Source of the DNA: an uncultured bacterium | GTDB lineage: Bacteria > UBP14 > UBA6098 > B30-G16 | Length of the DNA stretch: 20,984 nucleotides | Assembly (NCBI GenBank): GCA_965552135.1 | Contig: CBEVQY010000037.1 | Span: 1 to 20,984 of the forward strand | Direction: 5' to 3' | Notes under the pieces: model-generated | Seen by the model: only the letters and a program-made list of their open reading frames with translations | Told to the model about the DNA's origin: nothing | Databases searched by the model: none | Translations under genes and position numbers: made by a program | Shown here: positions 8,786 to 17,592 of the stretch, one piece after another | How the letters are laid out: each line of letters opens with the position of its first letter | Position numbering within the stretch: position 1 is the stretch's first letter

Positions 8786-9802
8786 CTACAGACCCTTTGG
8801 CGAACGTCGCTCCGGCAGGAACCAAGAGAGCGCCAAAAAGAGGATCGCAAGGCTTAGGGGGTAGTAGTATCGCTCGTCGTAGCGGGAGACGACGACGCCC
8901 TCCGTCTCCTTCTTCCCCATCGCCTCGATCTCCCTGAGGATTTGGCGGATTTCGCCTTTGCCGGGTCTTGCGGGGAAGTACTTTCCGCCCGAGACCTGTG
9001 CGATCTGCGCGAGGAGGTCCTCGTCGAGGCGGGAGGTGACTATCGCGCCGTCCTCGTCCCTCTTGTAGCCCACAACGTTGCCCGCCTGGTCCCTTACGGG
9101 GATGGGCGAGCCCGCGGGTGTGCCTATCCCTATGGTGAAGACTTTGATGCCTTTTTGCGCGAGCCTTCGCGCAGCAGCCACAGGGTCGCCGGGGACGGTT
9201 TGCTCGCCGTCGGTGATGAGTATCACCGCCCTGTAGCTTTGCGAATCTTGCTCGAGCGAGTGGGCTGCGACCTCTATTGCGGAGGCAATATCGGTTCCCG
9301 GATCGGGGACGTAGCCGACATCGAGGGCGGAGAGAAACATGAGGAAGGCGCCGTAGTCGACGGTGAGCGGACAGACGATGTACGCGTCTCCGGCGAAGGC
9401 GACGAGGGCAAGCCTGTTCCCACCCTGTCGCTCAACGAAGGAGCGGATGGCGCTTTTGGCGTTGGCAAGTCTGTTGGGCTTGAGGTCCTCCGCAAGCATC
9501 GACTTCGAAACGTCAAGCGCTATGGCGATGTCTATCCCCTCAAGCTTTATCTTCTCAAGCTTCGTTCCCAGCTGTGGTCTCATTGCCGCAAGCACGAGGA
9601 ACGAGTATCCGAGCAAGAAGAAGAACCTCTTCCACCTGCGCCTTGCCGGGGAGAACGAGAGGATCGCGCGGGTTATGAGCCTGAGGTCCCCCAGGCGCGC
9701 CATCGCCCTCTTGCGCGCCACGTCGGAAAGCCAGAACAAAAGCAGAACAAAAGGCACACCCAGCCACAGAAAAGCCGCGTATTTGAAGCCAAAGCGGAAC
9801 AT
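8786..9802 (-). CDS. batB: BatB-like membrane-anchored VWA-domain protein
   Basis: N-terminal TM segments, MRPQLG, MIDAS DVSKSM, KPNRL, CPLTVDY, ILITDGE, IGIGT..G.PIP, and a C-terminal TM. Start is ATG 9802 or GTG 9808. Confidence 0.85.
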   Translation of the reverse strand: MFRFGFKYAAFLWLGVPFVLLLFWLSDVARKRAMARLGDLRLITRAILSFSPARRRWKRFFFLLGYSFLVLAAMRPQLGTKLEKIKLEGIDIAIALDVSKSMLAEDLKPNRLANAKSAIRSFVERQGGNRLALVAFAGDAYIVCPLTVDYGAFLMFLSALDVGYVPDPGTDIASAIEVAAHSLEQDSQSYRAVILITDGEQTVPGDPVAAARRLAQKGIKVFTIGIGTPAGSPIPVRDQAGNVVGYKRDEDGAIVTSRLDEDLLAQIAQVSGGKYFPARPGKGEIRQILREIEAMGKKETEGVVVSRYDERYYYPLSLAILFLALSWFLPERRSPKGL

Positions 9803-9809
9803 GCCCACT

Positions 9810-10808
9810 TTAGGGTATTTGTCTTACGATGATGTTCTCCGTTGCGACAGCCAGGGCAACAAGCGCAAACCCGAGCGCAAGCGGAATGTGGAAGAGGTCT
9901 TTGTTCTGCCTGTAGCGCTTTGTTTCGACTTTCGTCTTCTCCATCTGGTCTATCTGCTCGTATATTCTCTTGAGCCTCTGCGAGTCGGTTGCGCGGAAGT
10001 ATTGTCCGCCCGTGGTTTCGGCTATCTTCGCGAGCGTCTCCTCGTCGATCTCGATGTCCAAGTACCGGTAGTGCGTTTTTCCGAACACGTCCTGGACGGG
10101 ATACAGCACCTTCCCGCGCTTCCCTATGCCTATGGTGTATATCTTGATTCCGAGGGCGGCTGCAGCCTGAGCTGCGGTTATGGGGTCTACGTTTCCGGCG
10201 TTGTTCCTGCCGTCGGTGAGCAGGATTATGACCTTGCTTTTCGCCTCGCTTTTCCTCAGCCTGTTTGCGGCGGTGATTATTGCGTCGCCTATGGCTGTGC
10301 CGTCCTCTATCGTCCCAACGTCGACGCGCTGCAGGAGGTCGAGGAGTATGTTGTAGTCGATGGTAAGGGGGCACTGGGGGAATGCCTTCGAGGCGAAGAC
10401 CACAAGCCCTATCCTGTCGGATCTTCTTCCCTTGATGAAGTTTGCCGCCTCGCGCTTCGCAGCCTCGATGCGGTTGAGGGGTTTGAAGTCTAAAGCCAGC
10501 ATCGAAGACGATATGTCGAGCGTTATCACGATGTCGATTCCCTCTGTGTATACGCGCTCTATGGTTTTTCCTGCCTGAGGTCTTGCGGCGGCGATGGAGA
10601 GGGCGACGATGGCAGATGCCCACATGTGCGGTGTGGCTTTCCACAGCTTTGCGCGCAGCGTCGGCGGTGCGGACCTGAACCTGCGGGTGACGGTGTATAT
10701 CATCGCTGCGCGCCCAAAGCGCCCAAGCAGGATGTAGCCCACAGGCACAAGCACAAGCCACAAAAGCCCCCACGGATTCGCAAACCTTATGTGCTCAAGC
10801 CACCACAT
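9810..10808 (-). CDS. batA: BatA-like membrane-anchored VWA-domain protein
   Basis: Motifs RFANPW, AARPQ, EGIDIVITLDISSSM (MIDAS), DRIGLVVF, PLTIDY, GTAIGD, SKVIILLTDGRNNAG and TGGQYFRATD. Likely start ATG 10808. Confidence 0.88.
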   Translation of the reverse strand: MWWLEHIRFANPWGLLWLVLVPVGYILLGRFGRAAMIYTVTRRFRSAPPTLRAKLWKATPHMWASAIVALSIAAARPQAGKTIERVYTEGIDIVITLDISSSMLALDFKPLNRIEAAKREAANFIKGRRSDRIGLVVFASKAFPQCPLTIDYNILLDLLQRVDVGTIEDGTAIGDAIITAANRLRKSEAKSKVIILLTDGRNNAGNVDPITAAQAAAALGIKIYTIGIGKRGKVLYPVQDVFGKTHYRYLDIEIDEETLAKIAETTGGQYFRATDSQRLKRIYEQIDQMEKTKVETKRYRQNKDLFHIPLALGFALVALAVATENIIVRQIP

Positions 10809-11769
10809 TCCCCTCTTGGGTTTCCTCCTCTTTTTTGACGGGTATGGTTCGCTCAACGATTTCGCGGACGGACTTCAGGTCCGAAAGCGCTGTGGTTACG
10901 TCGGGCTCCACCTTTGCGAATTTGACGAGGTCGGCGCGCCTCAAAAGCTCCTCCACGCGCTCCTCGAACCACGCCCTCGTCGTTGTGTCCAGCTCGAGCC
11001 TGGCGCAGCGAAGATTCTCCAGGGTCTCGGTGGTGGAAAGCTCCAGCGCTTCAACCCCAAACCTGCCCTCAATATACTCCCTCAGGATGTCGCTTAGCCT
11101 GTCGAAGTACTCCTTAAGCTCGCCCTTTCCCAAAAGCTCCGATTCGGCGAGTGCGTCGAGCTTCATCATCGCGACCTTCCACGGCGGCTTCGGCGGGGCG
11201 ATGAACTCCAAAAGCCCAACCCCGCGCTCGCGCTGACGCCGATACCACAAAAGCCCCAGGGCTAAAAAGCCCGCCAAAAAACCACACACAACCGAGAGAA
11301 AAAGCCTTTTGTAGTTGCGGGGCAGCGGGCGAGGGGGCTTTACGTCGCGTATGTCGAGGCTCTCAACCGGTGCCTCGCCGAGAAGCGAACGGAACGAAAC
11401 CCTTATGGGCTGGGTAAAGAGCGTGTCGGCTCTGTTGCCCTCCGCCACAACGACGCCCACAGGAGGGATGAAGGCATCCCCTAGCCCGAAGTACGCGAGC
11501 CTGAAGCGCATGACCGTCGTCTTCTTTCCTTCCTGCGCTGGTGCAGTGTCGACGGCAGCCGAAAGGATCTTAAACGGTCCCAGCGTGGAGTCCGCCTTTG
11601 CCAAAATGCCAACGTGAGCGCCGCTTGGGTATGTCACAACGACAAGGAAGTCTATTTGGTCGCCCACGTGCACCGTGGTTGGGCTCGCCCTGGCGGTGAC
11701 GACGACATCCCCCCAAACCACCGATGCCAAAAGCCAGAGGGCGAAAAGGTGTGTTTTCCGAAGTGGCAT
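10795..11769 (-). CDS. Bat-cluster membrane protein (signal peptide, Ig-like/BatD-like N-domain, single TM, cytoplasmic helical domain)
   Basis: Signal-like N-terminus, VHVGDQIDFLVVV, DIRDVKPP then a TM helix, then KEYFDRLSDILREYIEGRFG...STTE...ADLVKFAK. This matches the gene that usually precedes batA. Confidence 0.75.
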   Translation of the reverse strand: MPLRKTHLFALWLLASVVWGDVVVTARASPTTVHVGDQIDFLVVVTYPSGAHVGILAKADSTLGPFKILSAAVDTAPAQEGKKTTVMRFRLAYFGLGDAFIPPVGVVVAEGNRADTLFTQPIRVSFRSLLGEAPVESLDIRDVKPPRPLPRNYKRLFLSVVCGFLAGFLALGLLWYRRQRERGVGLLEFIAPPKPPWKVAMMKLDALAESELLGKGELKEYFDRLSDILREYIEGRFGVEALELSTTETLENLRCARLELDTTTRAWFEERVEELLRRADLVKFAKVEPDVTTALSDLKSVREIVERTIPVKKEEETQEGNVVA

Positions 11770-11796
11770 CTGCGCCCCTAAAGCCTAAAGCGGGGT

Positions 11797-12192
11797 TCAC
11801 TCACAAAGTTCAATAAGCGTGCCAGTTTCGTTTTTTGGGTGGACGAAGGCTATGCGCTTTCCGTGGGCGCCTTCGCGTGGTTCCTCGTCGATGAGGCGAA
11901 CGCCCAAGGACTTGAGGTGCGCGAGGGCGGAGGGTATGTCGTCGACCCTGAGGGCGATGTGATGCAGCCCCGCCCCGCGCTTTTCGAGGAATTTGTGCAG
12001 TCCCGAGGCTTCGTCGAGGGGCTCGAGGAGCTCGAGCGAGACGCCCCCCACATCGAAAAACGCCACCCTCACACCCTGGGACGGAACCTCCTCGACGGCG
12101 CCAGCCTCAAGCCCAAAGGCTTGCTTCAAAAAGCTTTCCGCCGAGGCGATATCAGCCACCGCGATGGCTATGTGGTCGATGCCTTTTATCAT
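11797..12192 (-). CDS. mce: Methylmalonyl-CoA epimerase (VOC family)
   Basis: Motifs IDHIAIAV, QGVRVAF, LELLEP, KFLEKRGAGLHHIA, GAHGKRIAFVHPK and LIELCE. ATG 12192 follows GAGGGGG (alternative ATG 12213). Confidence 0.95.
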   Translation of the reverse strand: MIKGIDHIAIAVADIASAESFLKQAFGLEAGAVEEVPSQGVRVAFFDVGGVSLELLEPLDEASGLHKFLEKRGAGLHHIALRVDDIPSALAHLKSLGVRLIDEEPREGAHGKRIAFVHPKNETGTLIELCE

Positions 12193-12205
12193 GGCGAAAG
12201 CCCCC

Positions 12206-13744
12206 TCAGTCATACGTTCCGTACACCTCCCTTAGCGCGTCGGATATCTCGCCGAGCGTTGCCTTTGCCTTCACCGCATCGATTACGGCGGGCATGACGT
12301 TTTCGTTTTTCTGAGCGGCTTCCGCGACTTTCTCGAGGGCGTCCTTGACGGCGGATTCGTCGCGGTTTTCCCTGAAGCGGGCGAGCTTCTCGGCGCGCGC
12401 GGCAACCGCAGACGCATCGTACCTGAACTCCGGAACGCTTACGCCCTCCTCTTCAAAGATGTTCACCCCAACGACCTTGATCTCGCCGCTTTCGACTTTT
12501 TGCTGGTAGGCGTAGGCGCTTTCGTCGATGAGGCGGGCGGAGTATCCGCTTTCGACGCACTTCGTCCCGCCGCCGCGGCGGTCGATCTCGGATATGATCT
12601 CCATGATCTCCTCCTCGAGGTCGTTCGTGAGCTTCTCCACGGTGTAGGCTCCGCCGAGGGGGTCGACCCACTGGGTGACGCCGCTTTCGTAGGCGATTAT
12701 CTGCTGCGTTCTTATTGCGAGCTTGACCGCCTCCTCCGAGGGGAGGCTTAGCGCTTCGTCGAAGGAGTTTGTGTGCAGGCTTTGGGTTCCACCGAGCACA
12801 GCGGCGAGCGCCTGCAGCGTGACGCGGATTATGTTGTTCTTTGCGCCTGCAGCCGTAAGGGTTGATCCGCACGTCTGCGTGTGGAACTTCATTATCCACG
12901 AGCGCGGGTTTTGCGCGCCGAAGCGCTCCCGCATTATCCTCGCCCAAACGCGCCGCGCCGCGCGAAACTTAGCCACCTCCTCGAGGAAGTTGTTGTGGCA
13001 GCCGAAGAAGAAGGAGAGCCTCGGGGCGAATTGATCAACGTCAAGACCGCGCTCAATGGCTTTCTGCACGTACTCTATGCCGTGGCTGAAGGTGAGTGCT
13101 ACCTCCTGCGCAGCCGTGGCGCCAGCCTCACGGATGTGATAGCCGGAGATCGAGATGAAATGCCACTTCGGCAGCCTCTTCACGCAGTATTCGATGACAT
13201 CTATTGCAAGTTTCACCGAGGGCTCCACGGGGTAGATGTAGTTTCCGCGCGCGAGGAACTCCTTCAGGGGGTCGTTCTGGACGGTTCCGCGAAGGAGCTC
13301 GGGTTTAGCGCCCTGCTCCTCCGCAACGGCTATGTACATCGCAAGTATTATGGGCGCCGTGGCGTTTATCGTCATCGAGGTCGATACCGATGCGAGGTCG
13401 ATGCCGTCGAAGATGGTTTTCATATCGTCCAGGGTCGATACGGCGACGCCGACTCTGCCCACCTCGTCGCGCGCCATCGGGTGGTCGGAGTCGTAGCCGA
13501 GCTGCGTTGGAAGGTCAAACGCCACCGAAAGCCCCGTTTGCCCCTGCGCGAGCAGGTACTTAAACCTTGCGTTTGTCTGCGCGGCGTCTCCAAAGCCCGC
13601 GTACTGACGCATCGTCCAGAGCCGCTGCGCGTACATCCGCGGATAAACGCCACGCGTGAAGGGATACTCGCCGGGATCGCCCAAATAGGTCTCGTAGCTG
13701 AAGTCGCCAAGGTCCTCGGGCTTGTGATGTCGTCTGTCGTCCAT
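12206..13744 (-). CDS. Methylmalonyl-CoA mutase large (substrate-binding) subunit, split type without a B12-binding domain
   Basis: Motifs PGEYPFTRG, WTMRQYAGFG, GLSVAFDLPTQLGYDSD, QNDPLKEFLARG, ISISGYHIREAG, GGTQSLHTNSFDEAL and terminal ATLGEISDALREVYG. No DxHxxG motif. Confidence 0.93.
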   Translation of the reverse strand: MDDRRHHKPEDLGDFSYETYLGDPGEYPFTRGVYPRMYAQRLWTMRQYAGFGDAAQTNARFKYLLAQGQTGLSVAFDLPTQLGYDSDHPMARDEVGRVGVAVSTLDDMKTIFDGIDLASVSTSMTINATAPIILAMYIAVAEEQGAKPELLRGTVQNDPLKEFLARGNYIYPVEPSVKLAIDVIEYCVKRLPKWHFISISGYHIREAGATAAQEVALTFSHGIEYVQKAIERGLDVDQFAPRLSFFFGCHNNFLEEVAKFRAARRVWARIMRERFGAQNPRSWIMKFHTQTCGSTLTAAGAKNNIIRVTLQALAAVLGGTQSLHTNSFDEALSLPSEEAVKLAIRTQQIIAYESGVTQWVDPLGGAYTVEKLTNDLEEEIMEIISEIDRRGGGTKCVESGYSARLIDESAYAYQQKVESGEIKVVGVNIFEEEGVSVPEFRYDASAVAARAEKLARFRENRDESAVKDALEKVAEAAQKNENVMPAVIDAVKAKATLGEISDALREVYGTYD

Positions 13745-13748
13745 AGCT

Positions 13749-14252
13749 TCACCCCTCACCCTCTTGTGGCTCTATCACGACAAGCTTTTGTCCAAGCGAA
13801 ACCGTGTCGCCCTTTTTGACGTTTACCTCGCTTACCACGCCGTCGACCTCGGCTGTAAGTTCGTTTTGCATCTTCATCGCCTCGAGGATCAAAAGCACCT
13901 GTCCTCTTTTGACCCTTTCGCCTGCGCTTGTTTTGACGTCGATTACAAGCCCCGGCATAGGCGCGGTGACGACGGCTTCGCCAGCTGAAGCCGATGCGGC
14001 AACTATCGCCTCGCGGAACATAACCTCGTACTCGTCGTGACCGATCACAAGCCTGTAGTCGCCCTCCTTGAGGGGAATGCAGCCTACCTCGAACGACTTC
14101 CCGTCGACGAGGACCGAGGTGAAGCCGCTTTGGGTCGTCTGGGAGAGGTCGATCCTGTACACGGTGCCTTCTACCTCGACCTCGAAGCTGCCCTTGTGCT
14201 CCCTTACGTCGACCTCATACTGCTTGCCCTGTAACATTAGCGTCTTTTTCAT
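13749..14252 (-). CDS. Biotin carboxyl carrier protein of an acyl-CoA carboxylase
   Basis: Motifs APMPG and LEAMKMQNE (biotinyl-lysine), with an N-terminal beta-rich domain. ATGA overlap with the biotin carboxylase stop. Confidence 0.93.
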   Translation of the reverse strand: MKKTLMLQGKQYEVDVREHKGSFEVEVEGTVYRIDLSQTTQSGFTSVLVDGKSFEVGCIPLKEGDYRLVIGHDEYEVMFREAIVAASASAGEAVVTAPMPGLVIDVKTSAGERVKRGQVLLILEAMKMQNELTAEVDGVVSEVNVKKGDTVSLGQKLVVIEPQEGEG

Positions 14253-15730
14253 CGCAGTGCCCTCGCTCTGTTTATGACCTTCCACATGCTTGTTTGGGCT
14301 TTTGGCGGCGTTGCGGCTGTGGGTTTGGGCGCAAAGTTTTCGCAGATCGCCGCAACCGCAACAACCTCGCCCGAGGGTTCCTCCAATGGCGGGGGGGTGA
14401 AGTTCGCGAGGAAGTGTGTGTTTATCTCACCCCGCTGGAAGCGCTCGTCCTCCATTATCTGGCGCAGAAGCTTTATGGTCGTTTTGACCCCCACGATGCG
14501 GTACTCGCCAAGGGCGCGTATCATGCGGCGGATGCAGCTTTCCCTGTCCTCAGCCCAGACTATGAGCTTTGCGATTATGGGGTCGTAGTGGACGGGCACG
14601 GTGAACCCCTCGTAGATTCCCGAGTCGAGCCTGACGCCGGGTCCTGCGGGCTCAATGAGGCTTTTAACAAGCCCCGGGGACGGCATGAAGTTGTGGTCGG
14701 GGTCCTCGGCGTATATCCTCACCTCTATCGCGTGTCCGTTTTGCCTTATGTCCTCCTGGCGCCACGGGAGCTTTTCGCCCGCGGCTATCTTTATCTGCGC
14801 CTTGACGAGGTCCTTGCCCGTCACAAGCTCGGTGACGGGATGCTCCACCTGAATTCGGGCGTTCACCTCGAGGAAGTAGAAGTTCTTGTTCTTGTCGAGG
14901 AGGAACTCCACCGTTCCGGCGTTTTTGTATCCGACGGCTTTGGCGATCTTTACGGCTGTTTCGCCCATCCTGCGCCTCGTTTCGTCGTCGAGGGCGACCG
15001 AGGGCGACTCCTCGACTATTTTCTGGTACCTCCTCTGGATGGAGCATTCGCGCTCGAAGAGGTGGATCACGTTTCCGTAGTGGTCGGCGAGGATCTGAAC
15101 CTCTATGTGGCGGGGTTCTTCGATGTACTTTTCGATGTAGACGGTGTCGTCGCCGAATGCGGACTGCGCCTCCCTGCGCCCAAGCTCGATGGCTTTGACG
15201 AGCTCCTCCTTCGAGTGCGCGACGCGCATCCCCTTGCCGCCGCCGCCCATGGAAGCCTTCACCAGAACGGGGTAGCCTATCTCCTCGGCGAAGTCGACGA
15301 AATCGGAGACATCCTGCGATGTGGTAACCATGCCTGGTATCAGGGGTCCGCCGGCTTTTTTCACCGTTTGCCGGGCGGCGAGCTTGTCGCCCACAAGCGC
15401 AAGAACATCGGACGGAGGACCGATGAACGGGATGCCCTCCTTCTCGCACCTTTCGGCGAATCGCGGGTTTTCGGCGAGGAATCCGTAGCCCGGGTGGATG
15501 GCGTCGGCGCCGCAGGCGTGGGCTATCTCTATTATGCGGTCGATGTTGAGGTAGCTTTTTTCGGGGGGAGCCTCGCCAACCCAATAGGCTTCGTCGGCGT
15601 ATCTGACGTGCAGAGAGTCGCGGTCGACGTCGGAGTAGATTGTTGCAGCCTTTATGCCAAGCTCCCTGCACGCCCTTATGACCCTTACGGCTATTTCGCC
15701 GCGGTTGGCTATGAGGATCTTCTTAAACAT
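14249..15730 (-). CDS. accC: Biotin carboxylase subunit (AccC/PccA-like)
   Basis: Motifs MFKKILIANRGEIAVR, HPGYGFLAEN, GGGGKGMR, ERECSIQRR, FLEVNARIQVEHPVTE and YDPIIAKL. Start ATG 15730. Confidence 0.95.
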   Translation of the reverse strand: MFKKILIANRGEIAVRVIRACRELGIKAATIYSDVDRDSLHVRYADEAYWVGEAPPEKSYLNIDRIIEIAHACGADAIHPGYGFLAENPRFAERCEKEGIPFIGPPSDVLALVGDKLAARQTVKKAGGPLIPGMVTTSQDVSDFVDFAEEIGYPVLVKASMGGGGKGMRVAHSKEELVKAIELGRREAQSAFGDDTVYIEKYIEEPRHIEVQILADHYGNVIHLFERECSIQRRYQKIVEESPSVALDDETRRRMGETAVKIAKAVGYKNAGTVEFLLDKNKNFYFLEVNARIQVEHPVTELVTGKDLVKAQIKIAAGEKLPWRQEDIRQNGHAIEVRIYAEDPDHNFMPSPGLVKSLIEPAGPGVRLDSGIYEGFTVPVHYDPIIAKLIVWAEDRESCIRRMIRALGEYRIVGVKTTIKLLRQIMEDERFQRGEINTHFLANFTPPPLEEPSGEVVAVAAICENFAPKPTAATPPKAQTSMWKVINRARALR

Positions 15731-15746
15731 CTCCGACCTCGCTTCG

Positions 15747-17297
15747 TCAGAGTGGGATGTTTCCGTGCTTCTTTTTGGGCAGTTCGGCGTATTTGTTTTC
15801 GAGCATCTCGAGGGCGCGCACAAGGCGCGGGCGCGTGTGGCTTGGGAGGATTATGTCGTCTATGTATCCGCGCGCCGCCGTGTAGTACGGGTTGGCGAAC
15901 CTTGCGCGGTAGTCCTCGATGTACTTTCGCCTGAGCGCCTCGGGGTCATCGGCTGACTGAAGCTCGCGGCGGTAGATTATGTTCACCGCACCCTCGGGAC
16001 CCATAACGGCTATCTCTGCAGTGGGCCAGGCGTAGTTTATGTCGCCGCCTATGTGCTTCGACGAGAGGACGCAGTACGCCCCGCCGTACGATTTCCGCGT
16101 GATCACCGTTATCCTCGGGACTGTTGCCTCGCAGAAGGCGTACAGAAGCTTTGCGCCGTGCTTTATTATGCCGCCGTGCTCCTGCGCCACCCCTGGCATA
16201 AACCCCGGAACATCCTCGAAGACGATTATCGGTATGTTGAACGCATCGCAGAACCTGACGAACCTTGCGCCTTTTATGGATGCGTCGATGTCGAGGGCGC
16301 CTGCCAAAACCATAGGCTGCTGCGCCACAATGCCGACGACGCGACCGGCAAGCCGGGCAAAGCCCACTATGATGTTCGGCGCATACTGTTCGTGAACCTC
16401 AAGGAAGCTCCCCTTGTCGAAGACGGTGTTTATCACCTTCTTCATGTCGTATGGTTGGTTCGGGTTTTCGGGAACGATTTCGTTCAGGCTCTCGTCCGTT
16501 CTGTCGGGCGGGTCGTCGGTGGGCTTGAAGGGTGGATCCTCGAGGTTGTTGAGCGGGAGGTATTCGAAAAGCTTCCGTATTTTCAGTATGCACTCTTCGT
16601 CGTTTTCGGCGACGAAGTGTGCGACGCCAGATTTTTTCGCGTGGACGTCGGCGCCACCGAGCTCCTCGAACGTCACGTCCTCGTGCGTTACGGCGCGAAC
16701 AACGTCAGGACCGGTTATGAACATGTAGCTCGTGCCCCTCACCATGAAGACGAAGTCGGTGAGCGCGGGTGAGTATACGGCTCCACCCGCGGCGGGACCC
16801 ATGATGGCGGATATCTGCGGTATAACCCCCGACGCAAGCACGTTTCTGTAGAAGACCTCGGCGTATCCCGCCAGGCTGTCGACGCCCTCCTGGATTCTGG
16901 CGCCGCCCGAGTCGTTAAGACCGATGACGGGAACTCCCACCTTCATCGCCAGGTCCATGATCTTCGTCATCTTCCGCGCGTGGGCAAGGGAAAGCGTTCC
17001 CCCGAAGACGGTGAAGTCCTGCGAGAAGACGAAGGCTGGTCTTCCGTGGATCTTGCCGTAGCCGGTGACTATCGAGTCGCCCAAGATCTTTCTCTCCGCC
17101 ATCCCGAACTCGGTGCACTGGTGGGTGACGAACTGATCGAACTCCTCGAACGTCCCGGGGTCGACCAGAAGCTCGATCCTCTCCCTTGCGGTGAGCTTTC
17201 CCTTTTCGTGTTGGCGGCGTATTCGCTCCTCGCCGCCGCCAAGCCTCGCCTGCTCGCGCAAACGCTCAAGCTCCTCGATGCGCTCCTTTATACCCAT
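15747..17297 (-). CDS. pccB: Acyl-CoA (propionyl-/methylmalonyl-CoA) carboxyltransferase subunit
   Basis: Motifs [65 protein letters not shown] and terminal [15 protein letters not shown]. Confidence 0.93.
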   Translation of the reverse strand: MGIKERIEELERLREQARLGGGEERIRRQHEKGKLTARERIELLVDPGTFEEFDQFVTHQCTEFGMAERKILGDSIVTGYGKIHGRPAFVFSQDFTVFGGTLSLAHARKMTKIMDLAMKVGVPVIGLNDSGGARIQEGVDSLAGYAEVFYRNVLASGVIPQISAIMGPAAGGAVYSPALTDFVFMVRGTSYMFITGPDVVRAVTHEDVTFEELGGADVHAKKSGVAHFVAENDEECILKIRKLFEYLPLNNLEDPPFKPTDDPPDRTDESLNEIVPENPNQPYDMKKVINTVFDKGSFLEVHEQYAPNIIVGFARLAGRVVGIVAQQPMVLAGALDIDASIKGARFVRFCDAFNIPIIVFEDVPGFMPGVAQEHGGIIKHGAKLLYAFCEATVPRITVITRKSYGGAYCVLSSKHIGGDINYAWPTAEIAVMGPEGAVNIIYRRELQSADDPEALRRKYIEDYRARFANPYYTAARGYIDDIILPSHTRPRLVRALEMLENKYAELPKKKHGNIPL

Positions 17298-17332
17298 CGC
17301 TCACTCCCTTTTGGATCGACTTGACGAAATTA

Positions 17333-17362
17333 AAAATAAAACACCATAAAGGCAACAGTCAA
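17333..17362 (-). promoter_or_regulatory. Putative sigma70 promoter for the carboxylase/mutase operon
   Basis: Minus strand TTGACT-N18-TATTTT in the AT-rich gap between the tRNA and pccB. Confidence 0.45.
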
Positions 17363-17380
17363 AAAGAGGGAAAAACAAAG

Positions 17381-17454
17381 CGCGCCCTGCAGGATTCGAA
17401 CCTGCGACCTTCGGATTCGTAGTCCGACGCTCTATCCAGCTGAGCTAAGGGCGC
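17381..17454 (-). tRNA. tRNA-Arg (anticodon ACG), CCA not encoded
   Basis: Reverse complement is GCGCCCTTAGCTCAGCTGGATAGAGCGTCGGACTACGAATCCGAAGGTCGCAGGTTCGAATCCTGCAGGGCGCG. It has a 7-bp acceptor stem, D arm, TCGGA/TCCGA anticodon stem with loop CTACGAA, and GTTCGAATC T loop. Confidence 0.97.
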
Positions 17455-17463
17455 GCATCAAAA

Positions 17464-17492
17464 TAAATAGGAGTTTTTCCCTCCGATGTCAA
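17464..17492 (-). promoter_or_regulatory. Putative tRNA promoter
   Basis: Perfect TTGACA (17492-17487), N17, then an imperfect -10 (TATTTA) ending ~10 bp before the tRNA. Confidence 0.5.
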
Positions 17493-17530
17493 CGGGAAAA
17501 TTGATGCGCTTTCCGCACGGGATAAAAGAC

Positions 17531-17559
17531 TTGAAAATCCCCGCGTGAACCGCTAATTT
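17531..17559 (+). promoter_or_regulatory. Putative sigma70 promoter of the plus-strand operon
   Basis: TTGAAA-N17-TAATTT, followed by GGAGG (17581-17585) and ATG 17593. Confidence 0.55.
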
Positions 17560-17592
17560 CGTTAGGTGGAGGGCTTGGAAGGAGGTGCTTGT

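Noticed and set aside
10741..11795. Short tandem-like repeats (GCACAA units near 10745; CCTAAAG twice near 11777-11790)
   Set aside because: The first reflects hydrophobic codons in a TM segment and the second is a two-copy 7-mer. Neither has CRISPR-like or VNTR periodicity.
14294..15934. Long plus-strand ORFs (546 aa here; also 466-1569, 1566-2759, 3101-4210, 7376-8590, 9363-10493, 12881-13819)
   Set aside because: All lie antisense to well-supported genes and have no family motifs. Such ORFs are expected from codon bias in GC-rich DNA.
17381..17454. tRNA as an integration site for a genomic island
   Set aside because: No integrase, no duplicated tRNA 3' end noticed, and the flanking genes are housekeeping with similar composition.
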